57,821 nt of DNA from Candidatus Fermentibacterota bacterium (GTDB lineage: Bacteria > JAFGKV01), in assembly GCA_016928395.1 (NCBI GenBank), contig JAFGKV010000193.1, positions 1-57,821 on the forward strand, written 5' to 3'. Made by a program: the position numbers and the translations under genes. Below, piece by piece: positions 18,446-27,217 of the stretch; position 1 is the stretch's first letter; each line of letters opens with the position of its first letter. The notes below the pieces were generated by a model. It was not told the origin of the DNA. It ran no database searches and saw only the letters and a list, made by a program, of their open reading frames with translations.

Positions 18446-18927
18446 AGCAGCTTCTCTCCTGCGTGCTCACCTTGATGCTTTGGCTGTTGCTCACATGGTC
18501 GCTCGCCCCTTCGGATATCGCGGCGGGCGTATTCTTCAGCATCGTCATCGCCGTCGTGCTGAGCGATATCTATCCTGACAATCCCCAGGCGGCGTTCGAA
18601 CCGAGACGGTGGTTCTGGGCAGCGGTCTATGTCCCCTATTTCTTTTACTACATGGTACGGGCGAACCTCGATGTAGCCTACCGGGTCGTGCATCCCGACA
18701 TGCCGATACGGCCGGGGATCGTGAAAGTCCGCACGACCTTGAAGGGTGACCTTGGGCGTACCGCCCTGGCCAACTCTATCACGCTGACGCCGGGAACCCT
18801 GAGCGTCGACATCATCGACGACTGTCTCTACGTGCACTGGATCAATGTCTCAACTTTGGACGCCGAGGAGCAGACGATGCTCATCGTCGAGAAGTTCGAG
18901 CGTATTTTGAAGAAGATCTTCCGATGA
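18442..18927 (+). CDS. MnhE/MbhA-like subunit
   Basis: ANLDVA, RPGIV, LANSITLTPGT, LYVHW; GTGA overlap. Confidence 0.92.
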   Translation: MKQLLSCVLTLMLWLLLTWSLAPSDIAAGVFFSIVIAVVLSDIYPDNPQAAFEPRRWFWAAVYVPYFFYYMVRANLDVAYRVVHPDMPIRPGIVKVRTTLKGDLGRTALANSITLTPGTLSVDIIDDCLYVHWINVSTLDAEEQTMLIVEKFERILKKIFR

Positions 18928-19193
18928 TACCCGGGTTCATCTCTTTCGGCGTTGCTGTGCTTCTGGCGAGCGCCTTCCTGTGCCTTTTCCGCATCTCTCG
19001 AGGGCCTACACCGCCCGATCGAACCGTGGCCATCGACATTCTCGGCACTCTGGTGGTAGGCTTCTGCTGCGTGCTCTGCCTCGCCACCGGTCTTGACTTC
19101 TTCATGAACATCGCCATCGCCTGGGCGCTGATCAGTTTCATCGGCACCATTGCCCTTGCGAAGCATTTGGAGGGCCGTCACTTTGACGATTGA
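18924..19193 (+). CDS. MnhF/MbhB-like subunit
   Basis: RISRGPTPPDRTVAID; FIGTIALAK. Confidence 0.92.
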   Translation: MIPGFISFGVAVLLASAFLCLFRISRGPTPPDRTVAIDILGTLVVGFCCVLCLATGLDFFMNIAIAWALISFIGTIALAKHLEGRHFDD

Positions 19194-19530
19194 CCCCATT
19201 CCCATGGTCTTCATCACGGTCGGCCTGCTGTTCGACCTGCTGGGATGCATCGGCCTCGTCCGGCTCCCGGATGTGTACAATCGTGCCCAGGCGGCAACCA
19301 AGTGCGTCACCCTGGGAACGTGCCTTGTCCTCATCGGCGTCGCGGCCCAGTTCGGCGTCAGCGCCTTAGGAATCAAGGCGCTCTTGTGTATGATCTTCGT
19401 GCTGTTCACCTCACCGGTGGGTGCCCATGCCATCGTGCGTGGAGCCTACCGCAGCGGTGTGAAGATGTGGGGGGGCAGCGTCGTGGATGCATATGCGGAT
19501 GTCGCCGCCTCAGAGCAAGAGAAGAGCTAG
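19183..19530 (+). CDS. MnhG/MbhC-like subunit
   Basis: GLVRLPDVYNRAQAATK, TSPVGAH; TTG start after GGAGG. Confidence 0.9.
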   Translation: MTIDPIPMVFITVGLLFDLLGCIGLVRLPDVYNRAQAATKCVTLGTCLVLIGVAAQFGVSALGIKALLCMIFVLFTSPVGAHAIVRGAYRSGVKMWGGSVVDAYADVAASEQEKS

Positions 19531-19532
19531 CC

Positions 19533-20141
19533 GTGCGCGCCCCCAAGCTCAGGGAACTGAAAGAAGCTATCCGCTCCCTCTTCTCCCGACCCGTGACCGT
19601 GCGTTTCCCTGCGGGGGCCTACGAAGCACCGGCAGGCTACCGGGGCACGCCGCGGTATGATGAGGCGACCTGCATCGGCTGTGGTGCCTGTGCCCAGGTC
19701 TGCCCGGCCAAGGCCATCGAGATGATTGACGACCTGGCACAGTCACCTCCGGTGCGGCGTTTCACCATTCACTACGACGTGTGCATCTTCTGCGGGCATT
19801 GCGAGCTGAACTGTACCACCACGACCGGGATCCACAACACCACCGAGTATGACATGACGACCTTTGACCGGGCCAGTCTGGTCTCCTCTGTTGAAAAGGA
19901 ACTGGTCCTGTGCGAAGGATGCGGCGCAGTCATCGCCCCCCGGGAACACATCCTGTGGAGCGCTGAAAAGCTGGGAGCAAAGCAGTTCGCCAACCCGACC
20001 CTCGCGCTTTCGTCCGCTGGCGCGCTGGGGCTCGTTGAGCCAGCCTCGGCCAGCGTACATCCCGGCCTGAGGCCGGACAGCGTGCGAGTACTCTGTGCCC
20101 GCTGTCGCCGCACTACCGTCGTCGGAGAGCTGTGGGGGTAG
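19533..20141 (+). CDS. NuoI/HycF/MbhN-like 2x[4Fe-4S] subunit with extra C-terminal CxxC pairs
   Basis: CIGCGACAQVCP, CIFCGHCELNC, then CEGC and CARC. Confidence 0.9.
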   Translation: MRAPKLRELKEAIRSLFSRPVTVRFPAGAYEAPAGYRGTPRYDEATCIGCGACAQVCPAKAIEMIDDLAQSPPVRRFTIHYDVCIFCGHCELNCTTTTGIHNTTEYDMTTFDRASLVSSVEKELVLCEGCGAVIAPREHILWSAEKLGAKQFANPTLALSSAGALGLVEPASASVHPGLRPDSVRVLCARCRRTTVVGELWG

Positions 20142-20623
20142 ACTGGGAGAGCCTTCTCGCCCCGCTTCTTCCCGGGCGTGTGACGTTGGTCGCCATGGGA
20201 GACCGCTCGGCGGGCGACGATGCCGCCGCTTTGATGCTTGTCGACCTCTTAGCAGGCAAGGCCTCTCTCCCGCTGCTTGACTGCGGATCGTATCCTCAGA
20301 ACTTCCTCTCCATCATTGCCCGGACCTGCCCCCACGTGGTCATGCTAGTAGACGCCGCTGAGCTTGGTCTGCTCCCAGGCCAGGTCCGGGTCTTGGATCA
20401 CGCGGCCCTGGCCGACTGGGGTGGCAGCCATGGCTATCCCATGGGACTCCTCATGGAACAGATAGAGGCTCTCAGCCGAGCCCGCGTGTTCCTTCTAGGC
20501 ATTCAGATCGGAGACTTGACGCGGGGACAGAGCTGCCATCCTGCCGTGGAGGAAACAATCAGAGGCCTGGCGGAGTTCCTCATGAGCCGGTATCCCGCCC
20601 GGACGAACGAGAGGACCCCATAG
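20132..20623 (+). CDS. Hydrogenase maturation endopeptidase (HycI-like)
   Basis: GDRSAGDDA, PQNF, VDAA, SHG, GIQ; consistent with the C-terminal extension of the large subunit. Confidence 0.88.
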   Translation: MGVDWESLLAPLLPGRVTLVAMGDRSAGDDAAALMLVDLLAGKASLPLLDCGSYPQNFLSIIARTCPHVVMLVDAAELGLLPGQVRVLDHAALADWGGSHGYPMGLLMEQIEALSRARVFLLGIQIGDLTRGQSCHPAVEETIRGLAEFLMSRYPARTNERTP

Positions 20624-21984
20624 TGTCGCCGCACCGTGATCTGACCATCACCGAAGAGGAGCTGCTCCACCGGCTGGCGTGGTCCGTACGCTTCCGGTGG
20701 TATGCCAGCATCGCCACCAATGTGGCCTTGCTGGTTGCCTGGTACCGGTTCGGGGTTCGATTCCCCCTTCCCCAGACCGCGCTGGTGGCATTGGCAGTGC
20801 CCTTCTACAACGCCATCTTCGCACTCATCGTCGCCAATCTCTCGGCTCGCGAAGCCATTACGGCACTCCGTATCAAGATCGTCGCCAATGCCCAGGTCGC
20901 CTGCGACATCGTGGCCGTAGCCACCCTCGTCCATTTCACCGGCGGCATCGAAAACCCGTTCATGGTTTTCATGCTGTTCCCCATAGTATACTCGCTTCCG
21001 CTGCTCAGAAGAAAGACCGTGCTCTACCACACGACGCTGGCGGCCTTTCTGGTCAATGCTGTGTATTGGGGAGAGTGTTTTGAGATGCTTCCCCACGTGC
21101 ACCTTCCCACTGTGGTCTCTCCCGTACTCTACATGAGCAGGCTGTATGTCTTCCAGACGTCATTCATGATGACGGTGACGCTCTATCTGCTGCTCTTCGT
21201 GGGGGGATCCGTCGCCAGCACCCTCCGCCGACGGGAACGAGAGCTCCAGGCGACGTACAATGAACTCAGAGATCTTCATGAAGCTCGGGCCTTCTATGTG
21301 CGAAAGGTGAGCCACGAGCTGCGAGCCCCGCTGGGCGCCATCCGGAGCCTGCTCCAGGTCATGCTACAGGGCCTCATGGGGCCGCTGAGCACCCAGCAAG
21401 AGGAGACTCTGGCCCGGGTTGACCGGCGGGCGGAAGGGTTGCTTGATCTCGTCACCGACCTGCTGACCTTCGCCCATTTGGAGGTCCTGCGGCGCCCCCA
21501 GCAGCGGAGCCCCGTGGCCATGCATGATTTGGTGGCCAGCGTCGCGCGGCTCTTTGCCCCGCAAGCCGAGGAACGAGGGGTGTCGTTTCAGATCTCGACC
21601 GTGCCCGCAACGGTGGATGGAAACAGAGAGGATCTCCAGCAGCTCGTCACCAATCTGGTGAGCAATGCCCTACGCTATACTCCCCGAGGGGGCCACGTCT
21701 GGGTTACCGGTGTGATCCACGGCGACCGGCTGGCTCTCTCGGTTCGCGATACCGGTATCGGTATACCGAAGGACAAACTCCCCAATGTGTTCGACGAGTT
21801 CTTCCGCGCCTCCAATGCCCGCCAACTGGTCCCGGAGGGCAGCGGTATGGGCATGGCCATCTCCAGGCGGATTGCCGAGATGCATGGAGGGCAGATCGCC
21901 GTGGTCAGCGAGGAGGGCAAGGGTGCCTCGTTCACCGTCGAGCTCCCCCTGGCCAGATCCTCCGACGGCACGGCCATACTCTAA
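20623..21984 (+). CDS. Multi-TM sensor histidine kinase (HisKA plus HATPase)
   Basis: HELRAPL H-box, NLVSNA, DTGIGI, GSGMG; several N-terminal TM helices. Confidence 0.92.
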   Translation: MSPHRDLTITEEELLHRLAWSVRFRWYASIATNVALLVAWYRFGVRFPLPQTALVALAVPFYNAIFALIVANLSAREAITALRIKIVANAQVACDIVAVATLVHFTGGIENPFMVFMLFPIVYSLPLLRRKTVLYHTTLAAFLVNAVYWGECFEMLPHVHLPTVVSPVLYMSRLYVFQTSFMMTVTLYLLLFVGGSVASTLRRRERELQATYNELRDLHEARAFYVRKVSHELRAPLGAIRSLLQVMLQGLMGPLSTQQEETLARVDRRAEGLLDLVTDLLTFAHLEVLRRPQQRSPVAMHDLVASVARLFAPQAEERGVSFQISTVPATVDGNREDLQQLVTNLVSNALRYTPRGGHVWVTGVIHGDRLALSVRDTGIGIPKDKLPNVFDEFFRASNARQLVPEGSGMGMAISRRIAEMHGGQIAVVSEEGKGASFTVELPLARSSDGTAIL

Positions 21985-22009
21985 GGAACCCGCCTCCCGG
22001 GCATCCGCT

Positions 22010-25000
22010 TCAGGCGTTGCCCTCTCGTTGCGCGCGGGCGCCCCTCCGTTCCGCCACCGCCCGCCAGAGCAGCCCTGCCAAGGCTGAGGCGACGACAAGC
22101 CGATGGACCGCCAAGGCTCCCACCGCGGTCAGTATGCTTCTCACGGCGAAGCCCTTGATTCGCATTCCCTTCGAGAATCGCCACAACAGCAGAATTGCCA
22201 CCAGGGCGATGGCAGGGAGCAGGCCTCGGGGCACGATCGGTGCTGCCAGAAGGGCTACCGCCGGGCCCTGGCCGATGAGCATGGGCCGCGAAAAGGTCAG
22301 TTTGTGGCCCTCCAGGGGTATGTCCACCTTGACCGGCATGGCGCCCGCAGCCCACCCATCGGAGGGGCCCTGCTCTGCATAGTCCGCGATGTTGACCTGC
22401 GCCATCATGCGGCCCTCGTCGGAAGCTATGTCCCGATGGAGCCACGGCTCGAACCATGGTGCGGTGTCCAGGTTGGAGGAGATCCTCAGCCAAGGGCGAT
22501 TGCGGGGTACATACACATCCCATTCCACCACCGAGCACGGGATATCCAGCCGGGGACCCACGAGGTCTACCCGGCCGCCACACGGTGCAATCCGCACATC
22601 GTGTCCCCAGACGAGCTCGATCTCGATCGGGGTCAGGCCTCCCTGGCCGTCCGCCGAGGGTGGTACGGGCAGGCGCAAGGCGCCATCGTCTCCACGGGAC
22701 GGCGCGGACGTGGCGCCGTTCACTCCATAGCTCCACACGCGGGCGTCTTCCGGAAGCGTCACCTTCAGGAACTGCTCGCCGCTGTTTCTGACGCGAAGCC
22801 GCGCCCGATTGACGATACGACCCGATGACGAGATCACGGACAACAGATGCTCCCGGTCCACCGATGCGGTCAGGAGCGGAATATCCGCCTGCTGGTCCAC
22901 TCGTAGCTCAATGACGTATGAGGGGTCGATATGCTTGTATGCCAGCAGGATGGGATTAGAGGCCAGGGTCCACAGGTCGGCCGGCAGATCGCGGGGATCG
23001 GTGCGAGTCGATCCCATCTGGGAAACCGGAGTAACGCGCACACTGGTGAGCACTTGGAGGCCCGCCTGCCCCCGATACCGGACCGCGTCGCGAATCGCTG
23101 GTTCCTGCACGATCATGGCGGTAACCGTTTCGGGAAACGCCACCGCATGGGTGATAGTGACCGTGACGCGACCCTTGCTTCCGTTCCGAAGAAGCGCCAC
23201 GAGACGCCGATCATCACCAGTCATCACGGCCCAATCCTCCACTGCAGACGATGCGACATCCAAGATCTCTAGCCCAGGCGGCAGACCGAACACTAAGCTA
23301 TCCCGTGAGCCCTGTACAATGTCGGCGGCACATTTCGTCTGTCCTTCGACCCCTTGCGCGTCAACTGAGAACAGTGTCAGCGTTTCCACCAGTAGCTTCC
23401 CACGGACAGGCCCGGCCTCGCCAGGGCGGGCACCGGCCGGGAGCATTAGCTCCGGCGGGACGTATCGCCAGGTCAGTGCCACGGCGTTCTGACCAAGAAC
23501 CGGCACCACCGCGGTTGCCACGGCTGCGCCAGTCTCCAGCTCCACACGGCGCCCATCCACGGTGAGCCCCGATGAGCCCGGCGGCAGGTTCAGAGTGAGA
23601 AGGCAGCCCATTGATGGCGGCACTGGGCAGGTGAGCACGCGGCCATTGCCCTGCACGGTAACCGGGGCGAAGTACTCAAACTCCAGTTGCTGAATGCCTT
23701 CTCCTTCGACCAGTACCTTAGTGCGGCCATCGGTGCTCCAGAGCGCAGCCGGTGCGGAACCAAGGGTAACGCGGCCTACCCGGGCCCCCGGAGAAACCAG
23801 GTCCACGGCACGCCACGCCCGGCCGACGGACAAGAGCGAGGCGCTTCCCAAGATGCGGGCTTCATCACCGCGGACCTCGGCCGTCAGTTCAACCTTGTCC
23901 AGAATCGACACCGCCGGCATTGCGAAGGGCGACCTTGAGGAGCGGAGCTTGGCCAGAAGGTCACTGATCCGGGAATAGGGAACGTAGGCAAGCGCCTGGG
24001 AGACCCGCCCCGTCAGCATCTGAGCGAGCTCGTCATTGGGTACCATGCGGGTGATTTCCCGCGGAGCTTCACCTGCACCGGCCTGCAGCGCCATGAGCGC
24101 CATGAGCGCCATGGCCGCGATGACATGGCGCCGTCGCCAGCGCATGGAGACGCCCGCAATGATCAGCACGCATACCCCCACGCCGATCCATTCCCATCTA
24201 ATGCCGCTTCTTACATAGATCAGATGCACTTCGGGCGTTTCGGATTGCTGCAGGATCTGGGCGAAGCGGATCTGCGCACCCACCGAAGGCGCTTTCACCT
24301 CGACGGAGGGCATTCCCATGCTGCGCCTTGCCTTCTTGCCGTAAGTCGTCTGCTGCGAATACTCGCGCCATCTCTCCTTCGCATCCTGTTGCCGGGACGA
24401 GACAGTTGTGCGCTCTTCCTGCCTTCCACCGCGCACCTGTAGATCCTGCGATGAGGGAGCATCGTCGATTCCGGCCTCATCCTGTGCCTTTTCGGATAGA
24501 CCGGCAGGCACGCCTGAAGAGTCATCCTCCCGCAGGGCAGCGCCGACGGGCCTCGAGTGGGGCAATGGGGTCTCATCCCGCTCCATGTTGCCGCCCCAAT
24601 GCAGTGGGCAAAGACGCTTTGGATAGCGAATCTCCCACGTAACACGGCTCGCTGGCACATCGGGGCGCGGACCGAGAATGGTCAGTCGCCCCGCAAGCGG
24701 TGAGAGGCGCATGGGCACGAGGTAGGTCAGCTCCACGGGGAATGTCGTCTCTTCAGACCTGCCCAAAGAGCTGGCCAGGGGTACCAGCACGGTGCCGTTC
24801 ACCAGGCCCGGTCGAACAGGAGACGCATCAACCCTGACATCCCATAGCTGTGTGCCAGTGGGAAGCGTCAGCTCGAGGAATTGCTTTGTCGTGTTGCGCA
24901 CATCGTAGCGGCAGGTGGTGACCTGCGATCCCGAGCGGTACACCACCGTGCTGAATCGCGCCCTGTCGATGGATGCCACCAGGACCGGCACATCGGCATG

Positions 25001-26254
25001 GCGGGAGATGCGGATTACGCTCTTTGCGTGGCTCGGATCGCCCCGCAATGCCACTAGAATGCGGCCGGCGGCCACATTCCTCAGGCTCTCAGGAAGTTCT
25101 CGAGGCTGCAGAACCTCAACGCCATGCTGCTCGGCAAGTTCCACCTCTATGTTGGTGGTTGCCACCACCGCCCAATGCGCCATCTGTCGCCGGGCTCCCT
25201 TGACGGCCAGGGATGGCACGCTCACGGATCCTTCAGGGCCGGGCAGGGTCTGGAGATACTCGACGCTCAACCGCTCGTCACCCTGCACCGGCGATGCCAG
25301 ATAGACGCGGATGCCACCCTCGTGGCGCTCCCACGTGTCAAGACTCGGGCTCGTGACATTCATCACCTCGATGCCGTCGGAGGCAGCGATGTCGAGAATC
25401 TGGACCTGACCGGTCCAGACCCGCAGGTCGAACTGCACCTGGCCCCGTACCGCGGCCTCGCCCACCGATGCCAAATGCTCGCTGGCTGCATCCAGCGTTA
25501 CTTCCCTGGTTTCCCGCGGCCGCACCGCTCGCCGCGCCGCATGCCGCCAGGAGAGGCTGATGGTACCCCCGGACCCGGCCTCCAACTCCACCCCGGCGCC
25601 CCGAGAAACCACGCGAAGTGCTGCCGATCCAGGCGAGCTTTCCACGTCCCATTCCCCCGGAGGCAGGGCAACGGTCAGTGCCGCACGGCCGACAGGCGGG
25701 AGGGTGATCTGGAAGGATCCGCCGTCGTCGGTTCTGATCACGGGCACGGGCAGGGTCATGGTGAGCACTCGCCGGCCCGGGCCGTCTATCACCACTCCCC
25801 ACCATGCGCCCGTGCTGACCTGTTCGGCCTCACGTCGAATAGGAACCGGACCGCCCGCAGTGGGCGCCAATGGCGTGCCCGAGGCCCGTATGGAAAGCAC
25901 GGGAGTTGTACGGCCAACCAGAGGGACATAGACTGCACCCTCCTCCAGCACATCCACGACGATCGAGGCCGTTAGCCGGGCGATGTCGCCGTGCACGGAT
26001 CCCTCTAGATTCACCGATGAAACAGTCCCGGGGACGGGCGGCGCGGGAAGCGAAGGAACGGCGGTCTTTGCCGCCTCCTTCAGGGCCGAAAGCTCATCCT
26101 CAGGTATGAACACGAGGCGCTGTCCCGAGGCGAGCACCGAATCGGCCTTACCTCTGGGGTAGGGCTGAATGAGGTGGATCTCGTCGGGTAGTGTCGAGCC
26201 GGAGCTTGCCAGAAGCGGTACCCATGTCAGGATGAGACAAAGAGCGCGATGCAT
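22010..26254 (-). CDS. Large exported, membrane-anchored hypothetical protein (1414 aa) made of two homologous halves
   Basis: Signal peptide MHRALCLILTWVPLLA after GAGAGGA; duplicated motifs VRNTTKQFLELTLP..LW and VRNSGEQFLKVTLP..VW; internal and C-terminal TM segments. Confidence 0.8.
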   Translation of the reverse strand: MHRALCLILTWVPLLASSGSTLPDEIHLIQPYPRGKADSVLASGQRLVFIPEDELSALKEAAKTAVPSLPAPPVPGTVSSVNLEGSVHGDIARLTASIVVDVLEEGAVYVPLVGRTTPVLSIRASGTPLAPTAGGPVPIRREAEQVSTGAWWGVVIDGPGRRVLTMTLPVPVIRTDDGGSFQITLPPVGRAALTVALPPGEWDVESSPGSAALRVVSRGAGVELEAGSGGTISLSWRHAARRAVRPRETREVTLDAASEHLASVGEAAVRGQVQFDLRVWTGQVQILDIAASDGIEVMNVTSPSLDTWERHEGGIRVYLASPVQGDERLSVEYLQTLPGPEGSVSVPSLAVKGARRQMAHWAVVATTNIEVELAEQHGVEVLQPRELPESLRNVAAGRILVALRGDPSHAKSVIRISRHADVPVLVASIDRARFSTVVYRSGSQVTTCRYDVRNTTKQFLELTLPTGTQLWDVRVDASPVRPGLVNGTVLVPLASSLGRSEETTFPVELTYLVPMRLSPLAGRLTILGPRPDVPASRVTWEIRYPKRLCPLHWGGNMERDETPLPHSRPVGAALREDDSSGVPAGLSEKAQDEAGIDDAPSSQDLQVRGGRQEERTTVSSRQQDAKERWREYSQQTTYGKKARRSMGMPSVEVKAPSVGAQIRFAQILQQSETPEVHLIYVRSGIRWEWIGVGVCVLIIAGVSMRWRRRHVIAAMALMALMALQAGAGEAPREITRMVPNDELAQMLTGRVSQALAYVPYSRISDLLAKLRSSRSPFAMPAVSILDKVELTAEVRGDEARILGSASLLSVGRAWRAVDLVSPGARVGRVTLGSAPAALWSTDGRTKVLVEGEGIQQLEFEYFAPVTVQGNGRVLTCPVPPSMGCLLTLNLPPGSSGLTVDGRRVELETGAAVATAVVPVLGQNAVALTWRYVPPELMLPAGARPGEAGPVRGKLLVETLTLFSVDAQGVEGQTKCAADIVQGSRDSLVFGLPPGLEILDVASSAVEDWAVMTGDDRRLVALLRNGSKGRVTVTITHAVAFPETVTAMIVQEPAIRDAVRYRGQAGLQVLTSVRVTPVSQMGSTRTDPRDLPADLWTLASNPILLAYKHIDPSYVIELRVDQQADIPLLTASVDREHLLSVISSSGRIVNRARLRVRNSGEQFLKVTLPEDARVWSYGVNGATSAPSRGDDGALRLPVPPSADGQGGLTPIEIELVWGHDVRIAPCGGRVDLVGPRLDIPCSVVEWDVYVPRNRPWLRISSNLDTAPWFEPWLHRDIASDEGRMMAQVNIADYAEQGPSDGWAAGAMPVKVDIPLEGHKLTFSRPMLIGQGPAVALLAAPIVPRGLLPAIALVAILLLWRFSKGMRIKGFAVRSILTAVGALAVHRLVVASALAGLLWRAVAERRGARAQREGNA
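24087..24113. repeat. 9-bp tandem repeat (AGCGCCATG)x3 encoding MAL-MAL-MAL
   Basis: Read directly. Confidence 0.9.
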
Positions 26255-26732
26255 GGTGGTCCTCTCGTTGGTGCCCGCGAGGCAGGGGCTGCATGCGGAA
26301 AAACGCACGACCCACGACCCGAATCCCGTCGTACCCTGAACCTGCGCACCCCACCCGCAGCACGGGCAATGGTGACTCGCTGTCCTCCACGCAGGAGTGA
26401 ATGAGGCACGTCCCTTTGCACTCCTGCCTGATCCAAAGCGGTGACACAAGGTAGCAGCGAGACCGCCGCAGGTCCATGATGACAGACCACCATTGCCCGC
26501 CACTCTCGCTCTGGGAGATACCGGAACCATTGCGACCCCGCGTCGAGAGGCTATATTGACTTTCTCATCCCTTGTTCTCCAGGGAGAGCTGTCGTTGGCC
26601 GAGTGTCTTCCGGAAGGTACGGCTTGGAGGTCCAAGCAGCCATGGTTCGGAGGCGCCGGGCAGAGCCGGGCATTGGGCCCGGATGATTGAGGTGCCGCAG
26701 TCGCGGCGTAGCACAGGAGCGTGGAACTGCCC

Positions 26733-27023
26733 ATGGGTAACAAGTTGTTTGTCGGTGGCCTGAGCTGGAATACGACTCAGGATAGCCTCCGCGAGGCCTT
26801 TGAGGTCTTCGGTGAGGTCCAGGAAGCGAAAATTGTCACCGACCGAGAGAGCGGACGATCCCGAGGATTTGGCTTCGTCACGTTTCGAGATGAGTCATCC
26901 GCCAGTGCCGCCCAGTCAAAGATGGACGGCGAGCAGCTTGACGGGCGATCCATCCGTGTCAGCGAGGCCAATGAGCGAGAAGGCGGCCGCTACCGCGGCG
27001 GATCGGACGGCTCACGGTATTAG
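26733..27023 (+). CDS. RRM RNA-binding protein with a short Gly/Arg tail
   Basis: RNP2 LFVGGL, RNP1 RGFGFVTF. Confidence 0.95.
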   Translation: MGNKLFVGGLSWNTTQDSLREAFEVFGEVQEAKIVTDRESGRSRGFGFVTFRDESSASAAQSKMDGEQLDGRSIRVSEANEREGGRYRGGSDGSRY

Positions 27024-27032
27024 CGGCGAGGT

Positions 27033-27066
27033 CAGCGAGGCACCGGCTCTGGCCGGTGTCTCGCTG
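27033..27066 (+). terminator. Stem-loop downstream of the RRM gene
   Basis: CAGCGAGGCACCGGC-TCTG-GCCGGTGTCTCGCTG; no clear U-tract. Confidence 0.5.
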
Positions 27067-27217
27067 TCTCGGTTGACAGGCACACCGTGAGCGTGAGTGC
27101 TCAGGCTCTCAGGATGCGCGGTTCGACCTGGAATGGTGTAATCCCGCGAAGCAGATCAGTAGCGCCGCCGAAGGATTCATCCCTCAATCCCCCGTGGCCA
27201 CTCCACGCAGTCTCGCC

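Noticed and set aside
10547-20141. Respiratory complex I or Mbx/Ehr-type non-hydrogenase
   Set aside because: The large subunit keeps both CxxC Ni-Fe motifs and a cleavable tail, and a maturation protease is co-encoded.
26560-26732. SRP RNA or other ncRNA upstream of the RRM gene
   Set aside because: Only scattered CCGGAAGG/GCAGC fragments and a short hairpin; no coherent family structure.
26255-26743. N-terminal extension of the large ORF to 1577 aa
   Set aside because: Overlaps the divergent RRM gene region; the SD and signal peptide support ATG 26254.
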